A DNA stretch of 39,976 bases from a virus (Duplodnaviria > Caudoviricetes), in the IMG/VR virus record IMGVR_UViG_3300005405_000055, positions 1-39,976 of that record; one strand, given 5' to 3'. The translations under genes and the position numbers were made by a program. Below, piece after piece: positions 1 through 9,460 of the stretch. Within the stretch, counting starts at the first letter, position 1. Every line of letters starts with the position of its first letter. The notes beneath the pieces were generated by a model that was given only the letters and a program-made list of their open reading frames with translations, was not told the DNA's origin and ran no database searches.

Positions 1-3
1 CCT

Positions 4-141
4 TTAATTGAGAATACTGCTACCCCCCGGGCAGATTTTAATCCCGGTTTTGGGGTTTATTACACCCCCGATCGGCGGCCCCATATACAGACCGTTTTCT
101 CGTTCTTTAAGCATCTTAGCCAGCCGTGCCGCACCATCCAC
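4..141 (-). CDS. N-terminal part of XkdR/DUF2577-like baseplate spike protein (45 aa, appears truncated)
   Basis: GTG at 141 directly after the xkdQ-like stop gives MDGAARLAKMLKERENGLYMGPPIGGVINP..., in the syntenic slot of XkdR. The early TAA at 4-6 may be an edge-of-sequence error. Confidence 0.45.
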   Translation of the reverse strand: MDGAARLAKMLKERENGLYMGPPIGGVINPKTGIKICPGGSSILN

Positions 142-1110
142 TTACGCCACCCCCAGACCCAGCTGCATAGTGTGTATCCCGCTCTTTATTGTGTGAACCA
201 CATCTTTGATCAAATATAACCCCTTCATGCCCGTAATAGGTTCTGTTACCTCCAGCAAGCGACCAGCTCTGGCATTATCATCACCTGGTACCACGATGCT
301 GTTCTCTTCCATGATCCGGCCCAGGTCCTTAAGCTGACTAGCTGCTATGGTATACGCCTTTCCTAAATCCTTATCTTCAATGGACTGTACTTCCTGGAGT
401 AACCCATACTTTCTTATGAGATAATCGCTTTTGACTTCGCTTACGACTTTATTATTGTTAGTGAGTTTAATGTTATTTTTCATTTCCTCAATACTTCTGC
501 TTCGGGAAGGGTTACTTATAGCAGAAGTAACCGGTAAGGGACCAAATATATCCGCCAGCATAAATGTTGGGGCAATGATTAGATCCTTTTGGTTTTCGAT
601 ATACAACTTATCTACCCGCATTTCAAGTCGGTATTTAATACCGGTTACTAACTCCGCTTGCTTGAGAATGTCCTTTATTATGTCTGATACCACATCGCCC
701 GGATAGATTTTTGTAATAGGGACTGGGATGCCGGTTATGCTGCCAACCGGGACGTTAAAATCCGTTAGTATTTTCTTAATAGCAACATCAGCGGCCATCC
801 CGTTAAATTGGTAAATAGCTTTAGATTTGTTCAGGTAAAAAGCAAAATCAAAGCTGTTATACTGAATTGGGCTCCGCCCATTCTTAGCCTCTTTAACTAC
901 CATGCCCCTGTATACTTCGAACTGATTACTTAAAACTACCATGCTTCCTAGGTCGACCGGGTTCATTGGAAAATAGCGGTCATCGTTGTATGCATCCTCA
1001 AAATTAAGCTGTACCCCCAACTGGTCGACACTGCTCTTCCAGGAAATTGTCCCTACAAGAGGGGTAATATCATACTGTTTGTTATTAGTAATGCAAAATA
1101 ACTTATGCAC
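142..1110 (-). CDS. XkdQ/YqbQ-like baseplate hub protein
   Basis: 322 aa; SRSIEEMKN and YGLLQEV motifs, C-terminal GLYLIKDVVH...HTMQL; synteny downstream of tape measure. Confidence 0.85.
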   Translation of the reverse strand: MHKLFCITNNKQYDITPLVGTISWKSSVDQLGVQLNFEDAYNDDRYFPMNPVDLGSMVVLSNQFEVYRGMVVKEAKNGRSPIQYNSFDFAFYLNKSKAIYQFNGMAADVAIKKILTDFNVPVGSITGIPVPITKIYPGDVVSDIIKDILKQAELVTGIKYRLEMRVDKLYIENQKDLIIAPTFMLADIFGPLPVTSAISNPSRSRSIEEMKNNIKLTNNNKVVSEVKSDYLIRKYGLLQEVQSIEDKDLGKAYTIAASQLKDLGRIMEENSIVVPGDDNARAGRLLEVTEPITGMKGLYLIKDVVHTIKSGIHTMQLGLGVA

Positions 1111-1114
1111 GCTA

Positions 1115-1522
1115 TCACCCCAGTTTTACAAACTTAAACTCGGATAGCTCCAGGGTATAATAAACATCCCCACTGCCATCCTGGATCCCATAGTCAAATC
1201 GTTCAATACTGACAGCCATATTTATCGGAGTTTCGGTAATTATGATCCGTATAGGTATCCGCCTGGCCTTCCAGGCTTCTATTATTTCAACGTACTCCCA
1301 GCCGGAATAGGTTCGATCCCGAACAAAAGAATAGTCTTTAACAGGAAAAAAGGACTCCATGGCAACTCCGGATAAAGCCGGTAGCCCAATCAGCTTAATC
1401 TCCCCCTGACTGATGGTTTCATAGACCTGATTTTTCATCCCGGTAGATATTCTAAATTGAGGTGGTACCACGGGTAGCTTTATAACCTGCTCCCGATTAT
1501 TTATGCTAAGAAAAATGTCCAA
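1115..1522 (-). CDS. XkdP-like tail/baseplate protein (no LysM domain)
   Basis: LPVVPP, ESFFP and DGSGDVYYTLELSEFK motifs; lies between tape measure and XkdQ-like genes. Confidence 0.75.
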   Translation of the reverse strand: MDIFLSINNREQVIKLPVVPPQFRISTGMKNQVYETISQGEIKLIGLPALSGVAMESFFPVKDYSFVRDRTYSGWEYVEIIEAWKARRIPIRIIITETPINMAVSIERFDYGIQDGSGDVYYTLELSEFKFVKLG

Positions 1523-1535
1523 ACCGATTTACCCC

Positions 1536-3158
1536 CTACCCTGCATTAGCCAGAGCTAATTCTATTTCGGGTACCAATTGATTCATTATCTCCTGGATAG
1601 TTAGATTCGTTCCGTTGATATAGAAGTTTGCTTGCACAGGTCTCTTTTCCTGTACTTTGCCCCTAGTACTATTGGTAACCATGGAAGTAGATTTATTATT
1701 TGAAAATACCTTTGATCCACGAGGAAGGTTAACCAGTTCCGGACCACGTTCACCGACCCAAGTTAAGCCACCGCGCCAGTTATTAGTACCTAATGCATTA
1801 TGCCCGATTTCAAATTCCTTAACATGTGCTATTGATACCCCCGGGATGTTGTTTAAGCCGTCAATAAGCAGGTTGGTATATCTGATAACGGTATTTACGC
1901 CTGATTTACAGGAATCGGCTACAAATGTCCATAGGTCTGCAGCTTTCTTTTTGACTGTATCCCAGTGCGTATAAAGATAAATTCCAGCAGCTACAAGCAA
2001 TCCTATCCCTACCACCATTAACCCCACAGGGTTAGCCATCATAACTGCGTTTAAACCTCCCTGAGCCAAAGTCATAGCTAATGTACTGGCTTTCCATGCG
2101 TTTGTAAGCATTGTTATGGCCCCAATTATTTTAAAGGCCGTAATTCCTGCTACCACTCCCCCCAATGCGGGTATCAATATATCAGAATGCTGTTTACAGA
2201 ATTTAAAAGCACCTAATATTTCATTTACAACCTTAACCCCACCATTGAAAGCACTGGTCAAATCTTGGCCTATCCGGTCTATAGTCCCATCGGCCTGCCA
2301 TTTCTGCAGGGTGTCGCCCGCTTCTTTCGCTTTCTTCTTTACGGTATCAAACAAGCTTCCGGCCTTTATGCTGCCATCCGCACTTACCCCAGCCATTTTA
2401 GCCAATGATGTGGAGAACACACCTGTAACAGTGCTCATGATACCTTTAAAGGAGCCCGCTTGTTTATCCATGCCTCCTTTAAATCGTTCATCCATAAGGG
2501 AAAATAGCGCTTTATTAAATGCCTCCTGGTCGGTTATTTGGCCTTTACTGTTAACTATCTCCTTGCCACGCATGATCTTGTTGCCTTGCTCAACGATCAT
2601 GGCCTTGGTAATACCGAACTCCTTCAAACGCTCAAGTTCACCAGTCTGGGCGTCTGCGACGGCCTCTACTGCTTGAATAATATCCTTATTCATCACGCCT
2701 GCCATATTACCGATGGCAGGCAAGGTTTTTTGGGCCTCCAATCCATAGTTCTGTAGTTTAACCGTGGCTTCCACCACTGGCCCCGTTTCAAAAGGAGTAT
2801 TATTTGCGAAATCTGCAGCCCAGGCCATGATTTCGGCGGCTTTTTTAGTATCTTTCATGACTATATCTAGGGTGTTACGGTAGCCTTCCATATTTGATGC
2901 TTCGTTTATAGCTTTGCCAGCCAAGCCTGCCGCTGAAGCTACGCCAACCATTCCAGCAGCTCCGCCTGCAAGTTTTCCACCCATGCCGCCTATTCCGTCA
3001 CCAACTCGCTGCCTGACTCTTTCAAAATCAGCCATAGCTTGCTTGGATTTCTTTGCTTCGGATTGAAACTTATCCCATCCGGCTATGCTTTTCCGCATAT
3101 TAGTCTGAAAATTATTGTCCTTGAGAGTGAGTACAGCTCCTATACTCTTCTTAGCCAC
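1536..3158 (-). CDS. Tail tape measure protein
   Basis: 540 aa Ala/Gly-rich; FANNTPFE tape-measure motif, MANPVGL..LYTHWDTVK repeat, C-terminal ALGT..W.GG.TWVGERGPELV. Confidence 0.9.
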   Translation of the reverse strand: MAKKSIGAVLTLKDNNFQTNMRKSIAGWDKFQSEAKKSKQAMADFERVRQRVGDGIGGMGGKLAGGAAGMVGVASAAGLAGKAINEASNMEGYRNTLDIVMKDTKKAAEIMAWAADFANNTPFETGPVVEATVKLQNYGLEAQKTLPAIGNMAGVMNKDIIQAVEAVADAQTGELERLKEFGITKAMIVEQGNKIMRGKEIVNSKGQITDQEAFNKALFSLMDERFKGGMDKQAGSFKGIMSTVTGVFSTSLAKMAGVSADGSIKAGSLFDTVKKKAKEAGDTLQKWQADGTIDRIGQDLTSAFNGGVKVVNEILGAFKFCKQHSDILIPALGGVVAGITAFKIIGAITMLTNAWKASTLAMTLAQGGLNAVMMANPVGLMVVGIGLLVAAGIYLYTHWDTVKKKAADLWTFVADSCKSGVNTVIRYTNLLIDGLNNIPGVSIAHVKEFEIGHNALGTNNWRGGLTWVGERGPELVNLPRGSKVFSNNKSTSMVTNSTRGKVQEKRPVQANFYINGTNLTIQEIMNQLVPEIELALANAG

Positions 3159-3160
3159 CG

Positions 3161-3316
3161 TTAGTCACCCCCCTGAGCTTCATGTTCTAGCTGAATAACC
3201 ATGCTGGCTATATAAAATAACTTGTCCTGCTCCGATAGGCTTAACAATGATGAAAGAGCATGGCCCCGCTGTAAATAGTGGTGAAACATAGCGAAAAGGT
3301 CATGCTCTCCTATTAG
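3161..3316 (-). CDS. -1 frameshift extension of tail assembly chaperone (gpGT-like part)
   Basis: The -1 frame after A AAA AAC (3316-3322) reads LIGEHDLFAMFHHYLQRGHALSSLLSLSEQDKLFYIASMVIQLEHEAQGGD* and ends 2 nt before the tape measure start. Confidence 0.8.
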   Translation of the reverse strand, partial: LIGEHDLFAMFHHYLQRGHALSSLLSLSEQDKLFYIASMVIQLEHEAQGGD

Positions 3317-3681
3317 TTTTTTATTTCCTCAACCATCCTTACAGAATCTTCGTCATACCCTGCCATCTTAACTATTTCCCCAGATATCCGGGCAATCTCT
3401 CCAGGTTCAAAGATTGCATCTATAATATCCATGGGCTTTATGCACCCATAAGCAGCATGAAGACTAGCATCTTTTAGATTAGGCTCAATAGTGCATTCAT
3501 AAATTAGGTAGCAATTACCCTCTTGATCCATATCAAACGCATCAAGAATAAGAGCCCGGTCGGGTTTTTCTACAATGATTGTCCCGTCCAGGCTCTTAAC
3601 GTAAAGTTCTTTGCGTTTTTTGTGCTTCGCCTTCTTTTGATCTGCCTTAGCAATAAGATCGCTTAATTTTACTTTATTCAA
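3313..3681 (-). CDS. Tail assembly chaperone (XkdN-like, gpG)
   Basis: PNLKD..L...Y and F.PGEI motifs; ends ...EEIKN on a slippery heptamer; lies between tube and tape measure. Confidence 0.85.
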   Translation of the reverse strand: MNKVKLSDLIAKADQKKAKHKKRKELYVKSLDGTIIVEKPDRALILDAFDMDQEGNCYLIYECTIEPNLKDASLHAAYGCIKPMDIIDAIFEPGEIARISGEIVKMAGYDEDSVRMVEEIKN

Positions 3682-3683
3682 AA

Positions 3684-4139
3684 TTAGCCCTCCTGCACCG
3701 GAATGGTATCGGGGAAATCAACGTCCGACAGTGTAAACCCAAACGGGAATTCCATCTCTAATGCCTTACCTGCTTCAAAATCCATTAACGAGAGCTCATT
3801 AAACCACACATTATTTATTACCACGCGCTCGCTGGCCTTCCCCTTTGTATCTGGGTCTGCCAACTTGCCAATTAGTTGACTGCGAGGATCCGTTCCAGCT
3901 TTCCATGCATCAAGCAATTTCTTTTGACCCCGGGAAAACACTTTTTTGATTTTAAATTTCCCGTCGCATTTTACTTTGGTAATCTTGCTATCAACATCCA
4001 GGCTGCCTGCCATTTGAACATCCTCTCGATCAGGTTTTATTTTAGATTCGAAAGCTGATAATTCATAGACAAGCTCTCCATCCCACCAGAGTTGTCCCCA
4101 CGTTCCGTTTATTTGCCTATAGCCGGGTACTTTTCCCAT
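3684..4139 (-). CDS. Tail tube protein (XkdM-like)
   Basis: INGTWGQLW, KLADPD, ERVVINNVWF and EFPFGF motifs. Confidence 0.88.
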   Translation of the reverse strand: MGKVPGYRQINGTWGQLWWDGELVYELSAFESKIKPDREDVQMAGSLDVDSKITKVKCDGKFKIKKVFSRGQKKLLDAWKAGTDPRSQLIGKLADPDTKGKASERVVINNVWFNELSLMDFEAGKALEMEFPFGFTLSDVDFPDTIPVQEG

Positions 4140-4163
4140 CCTTTATCCCTCCTGGTTTAACTT

Positions 4164-5228
4164 TTACATATAGATAGCGAAATTCAGGTCTTCCATTGCA
4201 TCCAAGAACTTAACGCTGGCCTTGGCAAATACCTTGGAGCCAGTATTATATTCCTTAACCTGCTGCTCGCTCAAGGTAGTCACATCAATACCCTTACCCG
4301 TTAAATACAATCTCTGAGCATCAACATCAATTGAAACCTTATTGTCGTAACTGGGATCCAATACGTCAATCCGCTCAAGCTCCTTAAAATATGCATTAAC
4401 TGCAGCAAGGAAAAGGATCTTATTGTCATAGCTGTTAATCACCTTGCCAACATAGGAGTTATCAAAGATATCATGGATATCATCCCTGACCAAATCCACT
4501 CCTTCAATGATCTTAATCTTCTTAAAATCCTCACCTTTGGTTGCTGTGGTAGTGGTCAGAGAGTTAACACCCCGGCCAATCTTTGGAGCAGCATCAACAC
4601 TGGCAACCAGAATCAATTTGCCTGCGTCGATATCTTCATCCGGAGTCGCGCTCTCAGTAATACTCTCCACTTCGGCCAGCGTGTAGTAAGTGGAGCTCCG
4701 GCTGAAGGGCAGACCTGCAAAGATACCAGCCAGACGGCAACAATATTCCTCTGTGGTATATGTCTTTGCCCCTATCACCAGATCATCTGTAGCAAAATTG
4801 ATGATCCCTTCATGATCAGCCACGTTATTTGGTAGCACAGCCTTAAAGGTCTTATGGTGGGTATCGCGCTGACTCTTAATCCAAGTTGCGATAGCTGCTA
4901 CTTCGGCTGTTAATATTCCTGGTATAGCTAGATAATTCCATCTCTTATTTTTTAGCCTATCAAGGGCCGTATTATAATCAGCGGCATTGGTAGCAATCCT
5001 TTCGCAGATCACCTTAGAGGGTATTCCTTCAAAGGTTTTAAGGATATAATCCTTGTTTGCCGCAGTCCATTCTACGGCATCTATCTCATCAATAGTGTTA
5101 TATACTTTGGTGTCAAACGTAACGTCGGTATCATCTTTTAGTATCAGTGCCACTATTCCTCGGGTGCTGCGCTGTATAGCGGTAAGCCCCTGGGTTTTAA
5201 ATTCAATTAGGATCTCAGGAAGTCCCAC
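4164..5228 (-). CDS. Tail sheath protein (XkdK-like)
   Basis: MGLPEILIEFK...RSTRGIVALIL, GVNSLTT, FKKIKIIE and terminal DAMED motifs. Confidence 0.92.
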   Translation of the reverse strand: MGLPEILIEFKTQGLTAIQRSTRGIVALILKDDTDVTFDTKVYNTIDEIDAVEWTAANKDYILKTFEGIPSKVICERIATNAADYNTALDRLKNKRWNYLAIPGILTAEVAAIATWIKSQRDTHHKTFKAVLPNNVADHEGIINFATDDLVIGAKTYTTEEYCCRLAGIFAGLPFSRSSTYYTLAEVESITESATPDEDIDAGKLILVASVDAAPKIGRGVNSLTTTTATKGEDFKKIKIIEGVDLVRDDIHDIFDNSYVGKVINSYDNKILFLAAVNAYFKELERIDVLDPSYDNKVSIDVDAQRLYLTGKGIDVTTLSEQQVKEYNTGSKVFAKASVKFLDAMEDLNFAIYM

Positions 5229-5229
5229 T

Positions 5230-5736
5230 TTATAACTCCTCCTTCACTTCCAACTCTCTCATGAGCTCAATATCGCCCTCGATATATCCAAGTTCTTCTT
5301 GCCTGGGGTCTAAAGGTATAGTCACGGTCTCACCAGGCACATCCAGTTCAATAGTGATTCCGTCCTGGCTATCTGTAAACTGTAGCTTAAACTGATAATG
5401 CATTACGTCATCAATAATTTCAGGTTGTGGATCAATGATGCCAAGAACCCGATCTTCAACCTTCAGACCATACCCTAGAAGATCATCCAGTGCAGCAGCT
5501 ATATCCCACATATCCCGGACAGGCTTACTCGCATCTGAGAAATAGCAGATATCTACCAGTATGTTCTTAGCCTGGTGAACTACGTTAACAATTAGGCCTG
5601 CTTCCGGTACCAACTGCATGAAAAAAGCAGGGCGTTTATAACCCTGCTGTATTTCCTCCCCGTAAATATTGGCATCTGGGTATTTATTTTTAAGTTTTAT
5701 AGAAAGGGCATCCCGAATAGCATTATAACCGATCAT
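5230..5736 (-). CDS. Tail terminator/completion protein
   Basis: IYGEEIQQGYKRPAFF motif; position just upstream of sheath. Confidence 0.7.
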   Translation of the reverse strand: MIGYNAIRDALSIKLKNKYPDANIYGEEIQQGYKRPAFFMQLVPEAGLIVNVVHQAKNILVDICYFSDASKPVRDMWDIAAALDDLLGYGLKVEDRVLGIIDPQPEIIDDVMHYQFKLQFTDSQDGITIELDVPGETVTIPLDPRQEELGYIEGDIELMRELEVKEEL

Positions 5737-6140
5737 ACCTCCAGCTCCTTCACCAGGTTATCAAACCAGGGTTTCATATCTCCATCCCATTCCCGGTCTA
5801 ATTCATCAAGACTGGTCTGCAACATATGCTGTCCAGGAACAAACCCCAGAACCGGGCCATCCTTTTTATTTTTAATGTTATGCCCGTATTCTATAAGGTG
5901 AGCATGAGGAGCTGTTGATTTCACCTCCGCTCTAATAGAGTTGTATTTCTTTTTAGCTTTAGTGCTTCTCCAGCTCTTTTTAAGGTTCCCTGTGGGCCCT
6001 TTATGGGTCTTATCTTTGCATTTTTTTCGGAGCTTTTTGGCTTGTTTGTCTATAAACACGGCCCCTTTTTCCGGATATTGATTGATTATTTTGTTGGCTT
6101 CCGCTTTCCAAACATCTACACCATAAACCTCTACGCCCAT
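5733..6140 (-). CDS. HK97 gp10-like neck/tail completion protein
   Basis: TGNLKKSW, APHAHLIEYGH and GFVPGQHML motifs. Confidence 0.85.
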   Translation of the reverse strand: MGVEVYGVDVWKAEANKIINQYPEKGAVFIDKQAKKLRKKCKDKTHKGPTGNLKKSWRSTKAKKKYNSIRAEVKSTAPHAHLIEYGHNIKNKKDGPVLGFVPGQHMLQTSLDELDREWDGDMKPWFDNLVKELEV

Positions 6141-6144
6141 ACTA

Positions 6145-6492
6145 TCACTCCCCTGGGCCGCTTGGATTGCGTTCGATACACATTAACTGCATTTCCTGGT
6201 GGCGTTCCTCCGGATCAATTACAGCCTGAATATATAAGATGCGGTCACCATATATAACTCTCATCTCGGATGTTATTCCTGGCCGGTACCGGATCCTGAT
6301 CTTTGTGGTAAGCTCGGAGTGGGTCTCAAGAGCCTGAAAGAACTCTCGTCCTCTCAGCGGCTCAACCGCCGCATATACTATACAGCTATCCTGCCAGGAA
6401 GATATCGTCTCTTTAGTATCAGGATCATCCGCAAATACCTCTTGTTGGATTTTAATCCGGTGGCGAAGATCACCCGCATTTATTGGTTTCAC
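6145..6492 (-). CDS. Head closure (head-tail adaptor) protein
   Basis: AGDLRHRIKIQ, PLRGREF and IRIRYRPGITSEMRV motifs. Confidence 0.88.
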   Translation of the reverse strand: MKPINAGDLRHRIKIQQEVFADDPDTKETISSWQDSCIVYAAVEPLRGREFFQALETHSELTTKIRIRYRPGITSEMRVIYGDRILYIQAVIDPEERHQEMQLMCIERNPSGPGE

Positions 6493-6785
6493 TCCATCAC
6501 CTCCAATGCCTTCGCATGCAGCTGTCCAATCAGTCCCCTCACTCCGATATCGTTATCGGGTATTTTACCTATCTGCCCAGGATCGTCAAACCAGCGGACA
6601 AGCAGAACACTAGCAAGCATTTTGGCGGTTGGGTCAATAGAGATATCACCAGCCCAATCTCTGCCTGTCGCAGTTTTTATATAATCATCAACAAATGGCA
6701 TTATAATATTTAATCTTTCAACAGGTACATCGTTTATGCTTGTATATCCTAGCATGCCAGCCGCTTCTAATTGTGTGAGTATCAT
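6489..6785 (-). CDS. Head-tail connector (HK97 gp6-like)
   Basis: 98 aa; YIKTATG and AKMLASVLLVRWF motifs; synteny. Confidence 0.75.
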   Translation of the reverse strand: MILTQLEAAGMLGYTSINDVPVERLNIIMPFVDDYIKTATGRDWAGDISIDPTAKMLASVLLVRWFDDPGQIGKIPDNDIGVRGLIGQLHAKALEVME

Positions 6786-6807
6786 ATTATCACCGCCTTA
6801 AAAGGCT

Positions 6808-7395
6808 TTATATTATCAGGTAAACATCTACTTGTTTGCCGTTCAAGGCAGAATTCAAATCAATAGTATTCGATTCCAGGGCCGTCTCACTCACGGCAAC
6901 GGTAGGAGCCGTTCCTTCCAGAGTATTATCATAGAAGGTAGCCAGGACGGTGTTATGAGCTAGTTTAAAGGGCAGGCCCAGCTTGTCGTTAATGCCAATA
7001 GATATTGTGTCTCCCTCTCCAACCAAAACCGGAACAGTAATCTTAGTCACCGTCTTAAATGCTTTTGTTCCTTCGACGGCGTTAGCCCCGTTGGCCGCAA
7101 TAGTTTCAGTAATAACTTGGTCAACGTAGTTTGTGCCTTGGATCACCACGTTCCCAGCCACTCCCGCTTGGTTTCCTTTGATACTTAATGCTCTGGATAC
7201 CGCAGGGTTAGTTATATCTGTTGTTATGTCCTGGGTTGCTTCCGTCAGGGTAATAGCGGCATGAACTGCGGTGTCAGTAGCTACCACGGCGTTGGCTGCA
7301 CTAACCTGAAAATGAGCCAGAAATGCCCGGTCACATGATAACCCAGGGACATCGGTTTGTATTTTTTGCCCCATTTTATGATTATATGGATACAT
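6808..7395 (-). CDS. Hypothetical virion protein (possible head decoration)
   Basis: Thr/Ala/Val-rich, beta-type composition; follows the capsid gene; has a GGAGG RBS. Confidence 0.55.
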   Translation of the reverse strand: MYPYNHKMGQKIQTDVPGLSCDRAFLAHFQVSAANAVVATDTAVHAAITLTEATQDITTDITNPAVSRALSIKGNQAGVAGNVVIQGTNYVDQVITETIAANGANAVEGTKAFKTVTKITVPVLVGEGDTISIGINDKLGLPFKLAHNTVLATFYDNTLEGTAPTVAVSETALESNTIDLNSALNGKQVDVYLII

Positions 7396-7446
7396 CTCTT
7401 ACCTCCTGTTTTTTAATACATGATCAGCTGGCTTACATATTAACAA

Positions 7447-7473
7447 AGGCGGAGAGAACTAATCTCCCCGCCT
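7447..7473 (-). terminator. Hairpin/partial terminator after major capsid gene
   Basis: Minus strand AGGCGGGGAGA-ttagt-TCTCTCCGCCT followed by TTGTT. Confidence 0.6.
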
Positions 7474-7511
7474 CCTAGTTATAGTACGTATCTGTCATTT
7501 AGTCTAAATTC

Positions 7512-8798
7512 TTAAGCGCCCTTCTTTATTATTACAACGCCATTGGGATCAATAAGCTTGCCGTCAGCAATGAGAATAGCTTTATCAACCCATTCATTAG
7601 AATCATGGTCCAGATACCGATACATGGTCATCTGCATATTGGAGTTAAGTCCATAGTTTTTAAGGTTACAATAGATAGCTACTACAGCCCCATTTGCAGC
7701 ATCGTCATAAGGTGCGATTACATCGTCTTCAACCTGGATTACTTCTTTCCCGCCGAACCTCTCCTGCGGACCATCAGTGATACCGTAGTTAATTCTACCT
7801 ACCGGCTGGCCATTGGCGTCTACCATTCCATCAATATAGCCCTCAAAGGTACCAGAAGCCATAATAAACGCGGCTCCGGCTTTATATTTGAGGGGCATTT
7901 TTGCAAATACTTTTTTCTTCCACTGATCCCATGCTGTAAAATCAGCTGATCCCAGTGTAATGATTTGTGCTGCAGGTACCCGGGCATCCTGAGTTATACC
8001 CAATGCTTTTCCATTTCCGTCTCCACTGATGATTGCAAGGTCTAATCCCTGTACCATTGCTTCTACAATCAGGTCGGTAATAGTAGTCTCAAAACCAGTT
8101 AGAGTAACGGTATCAGCCAGTAGTGATACAGATACCTTACATTCCAGCCCGTAATAGCTGAAGGTGACATTGGTATTTGCCTGCACCTTCTTCTTATCAG
8201 AGGTCGCAGCCTCACCTATCCAGGTAGCGGTGGGCTTTAAAGAGAGTATAGGGACCGATACGCCACCCTTAATGCTGAGCTTCCTTACCCGGTTGAAAAT
8301 CTGACCATATTCGGTAACTTTCCGAATAACCTCATTAAGAATAGTCGAGGGTATGACCGCAGTGACATCAGTTGATGAAGTCATAGCATCAACACGGAGT
8401 TCCGGAGTGACCTGCCCGGTTCTGGCAAACTGCATAAATGCAGTTCTATATTCTAATGTTCCATAAGGGTCATCAGGTTCTGTAGTTCTGCCAGAAGGCT
8501 GCTGGCGCTGTCCTACTCCATAGGTAGCCAGTACATTAAATGGTACGCCAGCTGCCCCTGCTACTCCTCCTCTCCCTTCGGGCCCTCCAGACGGTTCGTT
8601 TCCTGGTTCAGGCTCGTCGGGAATAGCATCAATCATACCTCTAAGTTCCGCAATTTCTCCATTGAGAGTATCAAGCTCTGTATTAATACTCCTGAGTTCT
8701 GCAATATCTTCTGTAGCATTAGCCTTAGTACCTAGTTCGGCTTTTCTAGCTTCTTTCTTGGCCAGCATAGCAAGCAATTTCTTTTTCATTAAACTCAC
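7512..8798 (-). CDS. Major capsid protein, HK97 family
   Basis: N-terminal coiled-coil delta domain; AVIPSTI, ATWIGE and AIISGDGNGKALGI motifs. Confidence 0.93.
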   Translation of the reverse strand: MSLMKKKLLAMLAKKEARKAELGTKANATEDIAELRSINTELDTLNGEIAELRGMIDAIPDEPEPGNEPSGGPEGRGGVAGAAGVPFNVLATYGVGQRQQPSGRTTEPDDPYGTLEYRTAFMQFARTGQVTPELRVDAMTSSTDVTAVIPSTILNEVIRKVTEYGQIFNRVRKLSIKGGVSVPILSLKPTATWIGEAATSDKKKVQANTNVTFSYYGLECKVSVSLLADTVTLTGFETTITDLIVEAMVQGLDLAIISGDGNGKALGITQDARVPAAQIITLGSADFTAWDQWKKKVFAKMPLKYKAGAAFIMASGTFEGYIDGMVDANGQPVGRINYGITDGPQERFGGKEVIQVEDDVIAPYDDAANGAVVAIYCNLKNYGLNSNMQMTMYRYLDHDSNEWVDKAILIADGKLIDPNGVVIIKKGA

Positions 8799-8800
8799 CT

Positions 8801-9460
8801 TTAACCTTTCAATTTAATTTGGGCTTTTAACTTCATAGCTTCCAGCTCTGTAGAACTCCCCAGTTCTTCTGACCTTGCATTCTCCAATGCAAGTTTATCC
8901 GCACTATCCAGTGCTTCGTCACGAGCCATTATGTTTGTCTCCTCATATTGTGGAGACCACAATGCTGATATTTCATAGATCTTATTGAACTTATTAATCT
9001 CCCTTGTCGGCAAATCGGTATTTAAGTTAAGCCACTTTTCCTCTTTTACGGTAAAAGAAAAGGACATCCCGGTAACATCTTGCCGTTTTACAGCTGAATA
9101 TAGAGCTTTAGCTTCTGCATTGTTTTCAACATCAAGCTTAGCTTTAAAACTTAAACCACGATCATCAACAATCAGTTGCATTGTAGAATTAATGTTGTTA
9201 TTACGGCTTCGCGCCAAGGGAATAGCCTGACCTTTGTGGTGAATAAAAAGCGGCACGTCCTTTAGGTCCGCGCCATCTAGAGCTCCTCTTTTAATTATTT
9301 CCTTGAACCAATTGCCAACATTGGTTTCAACTTCGTAAGTTATTGCAAGTCCTTCAATAAGTGCACCTGGTTCATCATCCGTAGGTTCTATTGCCCTAAT
9401 TTCCTGAACCTCATAATATCGTTTAAGCCTATCGTCTTTTTGTTCAGTTTGTTTGTTCAT
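8801..9460 (-). CDS. Prohead protease, HK97 family
   Basis: FKEIIKRGA, PLARS, GMSFSF and EISAL..PQYEET motifs. Confidence 0.92.
   Translation of the reverse strand: MNKQTEQKDDRLKRYYEVQEIRAIEPTDDEPGALIEGLAITYEVETNVGNWFKEIIKRGALDGADLKDVPLFIHHKGQAIPLARSRNNNINSTMQLIVDDRGLSFKAKLDVENNAEAKALYSAVKRQDVTGMSFSFTVKEEKWLNLNTDLPTREINKFNKIYEISALWSPQYEETNIMARDEALDSADKLALENARSEELGSSTELEAMKLKAQIKLKG

Noticed and set aside
4-141. Premature stop in the XkdR-like gene as evidence the prophage is defective
   Set aside because: It lies at the extreme sequence edge, where errors are plausible; cannot be judged without reads.
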